Shown here: piece by piece, positions 1 to 8,232 of the stretch
Position numbering within the stretch: position 1 is the stretch's first letter
Layout: each line of letters opens with the position of its first letter
Origin: a virus
Lineage: Duplodnaviria > Heunggongvirae > Uroviricota > Caudoviricetes
Strand: one strand, 5' to 3'
DNA: 52,897 bases
Virus record (IMG/VR): IMGVR_UViG_3300028887_000069
Location: 1-52,897 of that record
Position numbers and translations under genes: made by a program
The notes under the pieces: generated by a model
What the model was told of the DNA's origin: nothing
Database searches by the model: none
The model's input: the letters and a program-made list of their open reading frames with translations, nothing else

Positions 1-253
1 AAAAGTACCGTGTACGATATTAGATACAAAAGACCATACCGATTGTATAACATTCTTAAAACAAAATCCACAAAAATTTGGTCTTGATGTAATAGATTTC
101 AAACATTATCATTATGTAAACTATGCTGAAAATCAAACATATACATATATATATTATCGTCATAATAAAAGTGACTCAGTTAGATGCGGTCAAAAAATTG
201 ACCAATATAATGATGTTGAAATCAAAGAAAAATATTTTGACTTGTTTGTATGA
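1..253 (+). CDS. 3' end of a gene cut by the window edge (hypothetical protein)
   Basis: Frame starting at base 2 is open (KVPCTILDTKDH...KEKYFDLFV*) to TGA at 251-253. It overlaps the next ATG as ATGA. Confidence 0.7.
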   Translation, partial: KVPCTILDTKDHTDCITFLKQNPQKFGLDVIDFKHYHYVNYAENQTYTYIYYRHNKSDSVRCGQKIDQYNDVEIKEKYFDLFV

Positions 254-807
254 ATATAATTTGTAACAATTGCGTTGGCGGCAGAATTTATCAATTGCTT
301 GGCACACCATTTAATCACCCACTTGTTTGGTGTAGAATTTACTATGCTAATTTTAAGAAATTAATTCAAAACATCAAAGACATTGATTATACAAAATACC
401 GTTTTGTTAATAAATACGGAACAAGCCAAATTATTATTGGTGATGATATTGAATTGAACTTCACACATTATAGATATGATGCTTCGTATGATACACCAAC
501 AAAGGTTGGTAATCTCGATATTATGAGTAAAGATATAGAGAAATATGCAATAGAAAAATATACAACAAGGCTTAAACGATTCAATTTAAATGATGATTTT
601 TGTTTTATACTTACAGATTTAGACAACCTAAAACTTAAGGATGAAGAGATTGTTGATTTTTTGAATATTGATACAAAGTATCAAAAACTTTGTATTACGA
701 ACAGAAATATTAATTCAAACAAAACACCGATAATTCACACAGCCGAAACAAATACAGCAAAACTTGCTAAACTTGTTATTGAAAGTAATCTCATGAAACT
801 TAAATAA
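250..807 (+). CDS. DUF1919-like protein (polysaccharide-biosynthesis associated)
   Basis: N-terminal IICNNCVGGRIYQLLGTPFNHPL resembles the DUF1919 'IISNNCxGGxIYxxLGxxFxSP' signature. The gene is AT-rich. Confidence 0.65.
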   Translation: MNIICNNCVGGRIYQLLGTPFNHPLVWCRIYYANFKKLIQNIKDIDYTKYRFVNKYGTSQIIIGDDIELNFTHYRYDASYDTPTKVGNLDIMSKDIEKYAIEKYTTRLKRFNLNDDFCFILTDLDNLKLKDEEIVDFLNIDTKYQKLCITNRNINSNKTPIIHTAETNTAKLAKLVIESNLMKLK

Positions 808-846
808 TTTGCCGCAACAATTTAATCAAACTCTAACAAGTCTACA

Positions 847-1506
847 ATGGCCAATGACCTTGTCATAATCCGCAACGTTCTCAATCCCGACCTTCTCAAA
901 AGGACCGAGATTAAATATGAGCCGCAACTGTTGGTTGACGGCAGAAACGGCTTGTTCGGACAACAGTTATTACTCAAACTGTTCGTTGAAAACAGAATAC
1001 AGGACAAATACGGGTTTGTCTGCCTGATAGACGAGGATTGCCTGTTGTATGACATTCAACACACACATGATATAATCTCATACATGAAGGAAAACTCAAT
1101 CGACATCATGGGTGTACCCGACGGTGGCATGCTTAAACATCGCACACACAGACCCGACGTGCCGAACCTGTTCTTCGTTGTTATAGACACAGCGAAACTG
1201 AAGAACTTGGATTGGGATGAACTCAGGCTTTACCCCACCCCACAGGGAGAATGTACATCTGAATACGCATACGACAATTTCGAACCGTATTACAAGACTC
1301 TCTGCTACATGAATGAGAAACTGAACTATAACTTTGTTCCACTTGAGGGAAAAGGTATCCTTGACGACAGGACCACGGAGGTATATTTCAACGGTCAACC
1401 CATTTGCCTGCATACATGGTTTGCAAGAAAATACAACGTGGATATAATTCAAACAAAAAGGATAAATAAGGCAATCACCTATGGCTTATCCAAACAAAAA
1501 GCGTAG
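847..1506 (+). CDS. Putative GT-A fold glycosyltransferase
   Basis: Hydrophobic strand followed by DxD (FVCLIDEDC); adjacent to the DUF1919-like gene. Confidence 0.5.
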   Translation: MANDLVIIRNVLNPDLLKRTEIKYEPQLLVDGRNGLFGQQLLLKLFVENRIQDKYGFVCLIDEDCLLYDIQHTHDIISYMKENSIDIMGVPDGGMLKHRTHRPDVPNLFFVVIDTAKLKNLDWDELRLYPTPQGECTSEYAYDNFEPYYKTLCYMNEKLNYNFVPLEGKGILDDRTTEVYFNGQPICLHTWFARKYNVDIIQTKRINKAITYGLSKQKA

Positions 1507-1508
1507 GA

Positions 1509-1910
1509 TTATAACTCACCGTACTCTATGTCATCAATGGCACCGCGCAGCATGTCAACCATGATGTCGTCTGATACATTGTAGGACTTGGCAAATGAAT
1601 TGTACCAATTGTCAAAAGAACGTCTCAGTTTTTGATGAATGGGATTATTTCCGTCATAATGGCCATCATTTGAAAATATAGACTTCAATGACGTTTCAAC
1701 AACCTCGTTGACAAGGTCCCTTATCATCTGTTCCTCGTCAACATGATTGGGAAGACCGTCATGCTTCGTCTTTGCAAACTTCTTTATCTCTTTTTTTGTC
1801 ATTGACTTGGCGGCTTTCTTTATCTCGGGACTTGGATTTTCCAACTCACCCTTCTTGTATGCGTCAACCATTCCGAAAAAACGCTGTTGACTTTTACTCT
1901 TTGCAGGCAT
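1509..1910 (-). CDS. DUF3008-like small basic protein with C-terminal extension
   Basis: MPAKSKSQQRFFGMV...SMTKKEIKKFAKTKHDGLP matches the DUF3008-type pattern. Confidence 0.6.
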   Translation of the reverse strand: MPAKSKSQQRFFGMVDAYKKGELENPSPEIKKAAKSMTKKEIKKFAKTKHDGLPNHVDEEQMIRDLVNEVVETSLKSIFSNDGHYDGNNPIHQKLRRSFDNWYNSFAKSYNVSDDIMVDMLRGAIDDIEYGEL

Positions 1911-1941
1911 ATTCTGTTTGTATATTTTTTTCTAATTATAA

Positions 1942-3084
1942 TTATCTTACATAAATTTTCATTGGAGTTCCACGCCTTGCCTTGATGACATTCTCAACAA
2001 GAGCCGCTTCCTTCTCAGCCATCTTCCACGGCGAAAGTTCTTGTAATCTTTCTTTTAGGTCGGTCAACGCAGCCTGTCTTTCCTCCTTGCCCAAGTTCAA
2101 AAGCATATTGTAATCTAATGTAACGGGTGATGCGACCATATTTAATAAGCCTGAAAATTTACCTCTCACAAGACCCAAGGTTTCAGCGACCTCAGCGATG
2201 AAGAGTTGTGTAACCGTTGCCTTTGCAGCGTCATTGAGGAGACCGAAGTCCTTTCCATCCAATTTCACTTGGTCGGGGGATACAATCACCTGATGGTTAT
2301 CTGCGGCACAGTCATCCCAATCAGGGGTATCATAGTACGTGTACCAACAGTAGCATTTATGGAGTCTGCCGAAGCCGCCCATCCTGTCGAACGGGCTACC
2401 GGGAACATTGGTAAGGTGGATAAGGTGTGTGCCGTCAGGACCCGCTGTCACCTTATATGTCAAATCACAACCAAGAAACTTATTTTTCTCTTTCATATTT
2501 GTGCTTGCGAGTGCCACGTCGTAAAGCGGGGCAGCATAGAATGGCGCCCACAATCCGTACAATCCAGGCATACCCGCAAACGCACCTGCGGCTGCACCGC
2601 CCAACTGTCCCATAACACCACCACCGAATCCGTATGCACCGCCGTAATAGGTTGCAAGCAACGCAACGTCGGTTGTCGGGTTGGTAAAGTGAAGGACCTT
2701 GTTGATTGCCCTTCCCGCAGGAATGACATAAGTCTGCTGTCCTGGAATTATCTCGAAGAAATCCTCCTTGAGTTCCCACTTGGTTCCATATTGTTGCAGT
2801 CCCACAAAGTGTGAGAAATAGTCGGAATAGTCCTTGGTCAGGTCAAGTGTGCGTATGGAGAATGAGAAAGCCAACTCAGCGTTGGTCATGTTCAGGTTCT
2901 TTCCATAAAAGTTCGACCAATTGTTCTCTATGATAAAAGATAAGACAAATTGGTTGTACCTGCGCATCGTCAGTTCAAGACAGGCGCACATTGCCTCGTC
3001 GGTTACCTCAACGCGGCGAATCCCACCGCCTAATTTCAACCTTGCTAAATCAAACAGTTCCTGTATTTCAGTTGTTATCTTCAT
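1942..3084 (-). CDS. Neck / head-completion protein (T4 gp13-like)
   Basis: N-terminal RLKLGGGIRRVEVTDEAMCACLE resembles T4 gp13 'RRLGAPIINVELTxDQIYDCI'. The late-type motif lies upstream. Confidence 0.6.
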   Translation of the reverse strand: MKITTEIQELFDLARLKLGGGIRRVEVTDEAMCACLELTMRRYNQFVLSFIIENNWSNFYGKNLNMTNAELAFSFSIRTLDLTKDYSDYFSHFVGLQQYGTKWELKEDFFEIIPGQQTYVIPAGRAINKVLHFTNPTTDVALLATYYGGAYGFGGGVMGQLGGAAAGAFAGMPGLYGLWAPFYAAPLYDVALASTNMKEKNKFLGCDLTYKVTAGPDGTHLIHLTNVPGSPFDRMGGFGRLHKCYCWYTYYDTPDWDDCAADNHQVIVSPDQVKLDGKDFGLLNDAAKATVTQLFIAEVAETLGLVRGKFSGLLNMVASPVTLDYNMLLNLGKEERQAALTDLKERLQELSPWKMAEKEAALVENVIKARRGTPMKIYVR

Positions 3085-3157
3085 TTACCAATCATATTTA
3101 TATATAAATATCTTATTCTTTCTATTACATATTTATATAATAAAGCGCTACAGAAAA

Positions 3158-3562
3158 ATGGCTCAGTATTTTTTCATAAATAAGAATGCCAATATTCCAT
3201 ATCTCCGTATGGAACTGAACAACGACGGCAGACATGACTTCGACAAATTTTTCATCGCATTGCAGGGTGCCGATGCGGTTACCTTTTCAATGTACAATGA
3301 GGCAACAGGAATATACAAGATAGCGAACGCACCTGCGGACATCATATATGACGAGGAAAGCGGTTGTGACGAGAGATACCTTCTCCAATACAAATGGAAA
3401 ACACGTGACACAAACGAGCCTGGCCGATACATCGGTCTGTTCAAGATTAAGTTTCAGGATAAAATAGTTGCCGATGGCATGACATTCCCGAGTGGGGATT
3501 TGATAATTCCAATCCAAGAAGATTTAGTAATAACAATAAATAATTCAGTATTAAGACGTTAG
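3158..3562 (+). CDS. Virion structural protein, BppU-N/Ig-like
   Basis: Likely start is MAQYFF at 3158, 22 nt after ATATTTAT. The motif QYKWKTRDTNEPGRYIGLFKI is typical of BppU N-terminal-like domains. Confidence 0.5.
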   Translation: MAQYFFINKNANIPYLRMELNNDGRHDFDKFFIALQGADAVTFSMYNEATGIYKIANAPADIIYDEESGCDERYLLQYKWKTRDTNEPGRYIGLFKIKFQDKIVADGMTFPSGDLIIPIQEDLVITINNSVLRR

Positions 3563-3568
3563 AAAAAG

Positions 3569-3600
3569 AAAAGCGCCTCTAAAAATGAAGGTGCTTTTTT
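3569..3600. terminator. Bidirectional intrinsic terminator
   Basis: AAAAGCGCCT-loop-AGGTGCTTTT between convergent genes. Confidence 0.75.
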
Positions 3601-3620
3601 ATTGGTTGCGTTATCGTTTT

Positions 3621-4289
3621 TTATTCTTCCTGACTTCTGAAACCTCTTTTAATAAGTTTGTCGTACAGTCTGTCGACGTTGTCCTCGATAGTGGCGTTAG
3701 AGTCAACCACTATACTGACGCCCATGCAGGACATTCTTCTTGTGTTGGGGTCGTATATTATCTTTTCGTTTCTCCATTCACCTTCGGGGTCTTGGAGATT
3801 AAACCCAAACAGTCCTGCGGTTTTCAGGTTACCGTTTCTCTTGGTGTCAAACAGGTCATCGAATTTGTCCTCTCTCAAAACTTTGTTGAACGCACGGTTA
3901 ACCGCCTCATCGAGATAGTCTTCATTGTATGTGTTTTCTTCTATTGCAGAAATGATTCCATCAAGACCATGGCGTTCAGCGTACCATTTTATCACGTTCA
4001 GTTCCTCATCGGTCAACTGACGACTGCGCTGTACATAAAAATGGTCGTCACGCAGTCTCAATGGGTCTTTCGAGGGTTCGTATATTACATATCTCGGGTC
4101 GTTTGATGCTTCTCTTGACTTGAATATCTCGACTGCAATAAGGTCATCCTCTGTAATAATGTCACCGCTACCGCTTCTCAATGCAGAAAAGAAATCGTTT
4201 ATTTCGCCTTCCCATTGTTGCTTGGACTGTTCACCTTCAGTCAAAACCTCTTTAATCAATGTGGATATTTTTCGCTTCAGTGCATTCAT
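3621..4289 (-). CDS. Hypothetical two-module protein with LxE tags
   Basis: 222-aa ORF; ISTLIKEVLTE and LDEAVNRAFNKVLRE each precede a separate module. Confidence 0.75.
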   Translation of the reverse strand: MNALKRKISTLIKEVLTEGEQSKQQWEGEINDFFSALRSGSGDIITEDDLIAVEIFKSREASNDPRYVIYEPSKDPLRLRDDHFYVQRSRQLTDEELNVIKWYAERHGLDGIISAIEENTYNEDYLDEAVNRAFNKVLREDKFDDLFDTKRNGNLKTAGLFGFNLQDPEGEWRNEKIIYDPNTRRMSCMGVSIVVDSNATIEDNVDRLYDKLIKRGFRSQEE

Positions 4290-4295
4290 GTTAGA

Positions 4296-4976
4296 TTATG
4301 AGTTTTGCCATTTGTCGCAGTCAACAATCATCTTGCTGTTTGAAAGGTCAATGTTCATGTTGTCACCAACAACCATATTGTCAAAGTCCATGTCACCGAA
4401 ATCCCTTGTTGCGATTCCCTGTCTTTCAAGGTTGGTGATGTACTGTTGATGTTGGCTATATGGAATGGTGTCCCACATGTAGTCGTAGAATGACTTCACG
4501 TTTTTCAGGTGTTCACCCTTGCCTATGACGACAGGTTCGTCATGCAGGATTTCCATTTCATAGTTACCGTCGTGGTAGGTAATCGGGATATCCTCATAGT
4601 AAATCACGTCACCTTCCTGATGCTGTTCCTCGGGTTCTTCCTCCCTGCGTGAAGGATACTGCGGTTCATCGTCGGGGTCATCGTCTCCATCACCGTTGTC
4701 CTCAGGGAACTCATCGTTGTCGTTGAATCTTTCCTCATCAGGAAAAACATCGTCGTCCTCAGGGAACTCCTCGTCGTCAGCGTTAATTTCATCTTGGTCA
4801 AATTCACCTTGATATTCTTTACTTTTTGGAAGTGCTGTCTGTTTGTCGTATTTTGCAAGGATTTCATCTTCCTCGTCATCGTCATCATAACCGCCGTAGT
4901 TTATAACCTCATTCAAGGTAGCTTTAATCAGACGCTTGATGTCGTTTTCAGTAAGTCTTATTATTCTCTGTGCCAT
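4296..4976 (-). CDS. Acidic hypothetical protein with N-terminal IRLTE tag
   Basis: MAQRIIRLTENDIKRLIKATLNE followed by D/E-rich repeats (DEEFPEDDD, DEFPEDNGD). Confidence 0.8.
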   Translation of the reverse strand: MAQRIIRLTENDIKRLIKATLNEVINYGGYDDDDEEDEILAKYDKQTALPKSKEYQGEFDQDEINADDEEFPEDDDVFPDEERFNDNDEFPEDNGDGDDDPDDEPQYPSRREEEPEEQHQEGDVIYYEDIPITYHDGNYEMEILHDEPVVIGKGEHLKNVKSFYDYMWDTIPYSQHQQYITNLERQGIATRDFGDMDFDNMVVGDNMNIDLSNSKMIVDCDKWQNS

Positions 4977-5038
4977 TTTTTAAATATATTTTATAAATAA
5001 ATATCTTGCTCATTTGATTTTGTTTTCTGAAAAATAGT

Positions 5039-5046
5039 ATATTTAT
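5039..5046 (+). promoter_or_regulatory. TAGT-ATATTTAT promoter-like motif upstream of polB-N
   Basis: AAAATAGTATATTTAT at 5031-5046; the same core recurs upstream of many genes. Confidence 0.5.
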
Positions 5047-5126
5047 CATTGATAATAGACTTAACGATGATGGGTACTTACCCTTAACCCGTTAGTCTCG
5101 AATAATCAATTAAATGCAAAAGTTTT

Positions 5127-8105
5127 ATGAGTAAAATCACAAAGGAAGAAATTGAATCGTTTCTTCACGGGTCAGACCCGATGGAAAGAATAGTCAAGAT
5201 TGAATGTGGCTATGACGACAATGAGGTGACCATTTTCTACAGGGATGAAAATGGAAAGAAACAGATGGTTAAGGATGATTTCCATCCATTCTGTTGGTGC
5301 AAGACAAAGGCAGCACAAAGTTTATTTAACGGAAACAGACCTCTTATTAAGAGTAAGATGGCTGAATACGGCATTTCCTGCAAAGGCTTGAGAACCACAA
5401 CCGACGAGGGTTTTGAGCCTGACAGGATGAAAAACGGATACAAGATTCTGTTCTTTGCTACAAGAAAACTCTCCTATTCCCAATTCCTAAAGTTTTTCGA
5501 GGAAGGTAATCTTCCAGTTTATCCCAAGAAGGGGCAGTCGGATGACAATTCCAGAAACTACATATGCGTCGCCCCAAACGAACAGTACATGATTACCACA
5601 GGCAAACGTCTGTTCAAGGGCTTCGAGGACTACAATGAACTTGTTCGAATGCAGTGGGACTTGGAGACCACAGGTCTTGACGGAAAAACCGACACCATAG
5701 ACCAAATAGGTATAAGAAGCAACAAGGGATTTGAACGGATACTGACAATCACAGGGGAGAGTGAAAGGGACAGGATGAATTCCCAATACGACTCAATGGA
5801 GGAGTTTTTCAGTGCCATTGAACAGGTTGACCCCGATGTCATCTCGGGTTACAACAGTGAGAACTTCGATTGGGTGTTCGTTGACGACCAATACCAAAAA
5901 TACAACACCACAATGACCGAGGAATCCGAAAAGTATCTCAGGCGTGGTGTATACAAGAAAAAAAGGGAAAGTATCCTCAAACTTGGCGGTGAGATGGAAA
6001 AATACCGCCAAACCGTCATGTATGGAATAAACGTTACAGACGGATTACACGCTGTAAGAAGGGCAATGGCACTCGACAGCAATATCAAGTCCGCTACATT
6101 GAAAAACATATCAAGAGACTTCAAACTCAATCCGAAGAACCGTGTATATGTTCCAGGAAACGATATTTCGGAGATTTGGAACGACTTGGAGAAAAACTAT
6201 GCCTTCAACGACGAGGACGGTGATTGGTATCGTTACGACCCGAATTATGTCAAACCCAAACAAAATATCAAGCCGAAATTTACTGTTGAGGAATATGATA
6301 TTCTTATTGAAGAGGATAAAGCAATGTATGAGCGTTATCAAAATTTCATTAACAATGTAGAAAATAATGTAAATGATAATGCAAATTTAAAAAAACAGTT
6401 TGATAATTTCTACAATACGGTTAATGACCCTGAGGGTGATAATATTGTTGGTAACCCATTCTTTGACCAATTTGAGGGTGAAGAGTATGAGTTTGTTGAT
6501 AAAGAAACTGGTGAGGATATAGAGTATGAACGTAAATATCCCGAGGGAACCACAGGGCAACAGTTGTATGACGAGGAATGCGAAAGACTGCTGTCGGAAA
6601 GCAAAGCCTTTGTCAAGGGTTATAATGGCAGGAAATTCACACTCTACACCCGTAACTACGTTGCCGACGACTATGAACTTGTGACGGGTCGCTATATTGT
6701 CGAACGCTACCTTATGGACGACCTTCGTGAGACCGATGCGGTTGAGTTGCAGTTCAACCAATCCAACTTCCTTATAAGCAAGATGCTTCCCCTTTCATTC
6801 GAGAGGGCATGTACAATGGGTACTGCAGGTATTTGGAAATATATAATGCTTGCGTTCAGTTACGAGAAGGGACTTGCTATTCCAGAATCCGAGAACGCTG
6901 TTCTTCCAATCGGTGGTCTTTCACGTCTTGAAAGAACAGGCTTGTGCACAAATGTTGCCAAATTGGACTATAACTCACTGTATCCAAGTATTGACCTTAC
7001 ATATGAGTACAAAAGCGAGGTTGACATTGCCGACTCCATGCAGACCATGCTCGAGTACGTGCTGACACAGCGTGAACACTATAAGGGACTCAAGAAAAAA
7101 TACGGAAAAGAGGCTGACAAATACTCCGAGGAATTGGAGGAATACACCAAGAACCTCAGACTTGACGACAGATACAAAAACCTTTCCGAAAAGGACTTCA
7201 AGTTGATACTTAAGAAGGATAAGAAGGCTACAGAACTTCAAGACCTTATAAATGATGCAAAACGCAAGTCGTCAATGTACGACAAGATGCAGTTGCCTTT
7301 GAAAATTCTCGGTAACAGTTGGTTCGGCTCGGTTTCATCAAACGTGTTCTATTGGAACTCGGGAAAAGTAGGTGCCCTTATCACCTCCACAGGCCGCATG
7401 ATGTTCCGCCTGCTTACACACCACTTTATGACAATGAGTAAACGGCAACCTACATATGTCACAAACGGTCAATGTCCACCGCTTGAAATGGATGAAGAAT
7501 ACAATTATTTACCTATAGTGGGAGACAGCGTTACAGGCGATACTCCGCTGTTTATCAAATATAATGATACAGGTTACATAGATATAGTACCCATTTCCGA
7601 ACTTATCGATGAAACATCAGTTAAGATGGATGAATTTGGGCGTGAATACGACATGGGTACAAAACCATATAAAGTATTGTGCCGTAGCGGTTGGATGTCT
7701 CCGTCATATATTTACAGGCATGAAACGGATAAACTGATATATCGTGTATCTGACGATGAAATGTTTGTTGATTGTACAGAAGACCATAGTTTATTCAATG
7801 ATAAACAGGAAAAAATAAAACCTTCTGAAATTAATAGTGACACAAAACTCGAATATTACAACGAAAAAATAGATTCTCCTGTTTATGATTGTGAAGGTAT
7901 AGATGTCAAAAAGTTTGCCAAGTTAGCGGCTGACAAACACGGTGAATCGTTTGACAGAGTTCCGTTATATGTACTGAACGGTAGTAAAGAGGTTAAAGAA
8001 CTTTTCTACAACACTTTTCTTGCAGAGGCAATTGAAAGAAACTACACAATGAACGATTACTCCAAAACGATGCTTGCGGGATTGAAATATATTTCGAAAA
8101 AATAA
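5127..8105 (+). CDS. polB: Family B DNA polymerase, N-terminal part (exonuclease, motifs A and B) fused to N-intein
   Basis: ExoI WDLETTGL, ExoII GYNSENFDW, motif A LDYNSLYPS and motif B KILGNSWFG are present. The extein ends at IVGD (7526), followed by SVTGDTP intein sequence. Confidence 0.95.
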   Translation: MSKITKEEIESFLHGSDPMERIVKIECGYDDNEVTIFYRDENGKKQMVKDDFHPFCWCKTKAAQSLFNGNRPLIKSKMAEYGISCKGLRTTTDEGFEPDRMKNGYKILFFATRKLSYSQFLKFFEEGNLPVYPKKGQSDDNSRNYICVAPNEQYMITTGKRLFKGFEDYNELVRMQWDLETTGLDGKTDTIDQIGIRSNKGFERILTITGESERDRMNSQYDSMEEFFSAIEQVDPDVISGYNSENFDWVFVDDQYQKYNTTMTEESEKYLRRGVYKKKRESILKLGGEMEKYRQTVMYGINVTDGLHAVRRAMALDSNIKSATLKNISRDFKLNPKNRVYVPGNDISEIWNDLEKNYAFNDEDGDWYRYDPNYVKPKQNIKPKFTVEEYDILIEEDKAMYERYQNFINNVENNVNDNANLKKQFDNFYNTVNDPEGDNIVGNPFFDQFEGEEYEFVDKETGEDIEYERKYPEGTTGQQLYDEECERLLSESKAFVKGYNGRKFTLYTRNYVADDYELVTGRYIVERYLMDDLRETDAVELQFNQSNFLISKMLPLSFERACTMGTAGIWKYIMLAFSYEKGLAIPESENAVLPIGGLSRLERTGLCTNVAKLDYNSLYPSIDLTYEYKSEVDIADSMQTMLEYVLTQREHYKGLKKKYGKEADKYSEELEEYTKNLRLDDRYKNLSEKDFKLILKKDKKATELQDLINDAKRKSSMYDKMQLPLKILGNSWFGSVSSNVFYWNSGKVGALITSTGRMMFRLLTHHFMTMSKRQPTYVTNGQCPPLEMDEEYNYLPIVGDSVTGDTPLFIKYNDTGYIDIVPISELIDETSVKMDEFGREYDMGTKPYKVLCRSGWMSPSYIYRHETDKLIYRVSDDEMFVDCTEDHSLFNDKQEKIKPSEINSDTKLEYYNEKIDSPVYDCEGIDVKKFAKLAADKHGESFDRVPLYVLNGSKEVKELFYNTFLAEAIERNYTMNDYSKTMLAGLKYISKK
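7527..8105 (+). other. N-intein (IntN, 192 aa) of a split intein
   Basis: Block A SVTGDTPLFI (Ser1) and block B VDCTEDHSLF (TxxH). It ends at a stop codon without blocks F/G. Confidence 0.9.
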
Positions 8106-8130
8106 CAAGAAACATTAAAAAACAAATAAT

Positions 8131-8232
8131 ATGGTTAAATCAGAAAAATTAAGAAAAGATAAGTGTATTGTCTATGACATCTCTCTCGACGGTACATTCG
8201 TCAACGCTCTCGGTATGAATGTTGTAAGCAAT
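8131..8232 (+). other. C-intein (IntC, 34 aa)
   Basis: Block F VYDISL; block G ends Ser-Asn; +1 residue is Thr (8233-8235). Confidence 0.9.

Noticed and set aside
2206-2814. Long antisense ORFs (also 3585-4106, 8425-8967, 44756-45991, 49725-50243 and others)
   Set aside because: They are shadows of well-supported genes on the opposite strand and have no recognisable motifs or initiation signals.
2921-3157. Upstream extension of ORF 2921-3562 (likewise 47893-47943 for the protease)
   Set aside because: These extensions run through intergenic promoter motifs or the opposite gene. The downstream ATGs fit the motif spacing better.
8106-8130. polB break as a sequencing frameshift or an intron
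   Set aside because: Both sides carry proper split-intein termini, the spacer is a short A-rich initiation region, and no group I/II intron structure fits in 25 nt.
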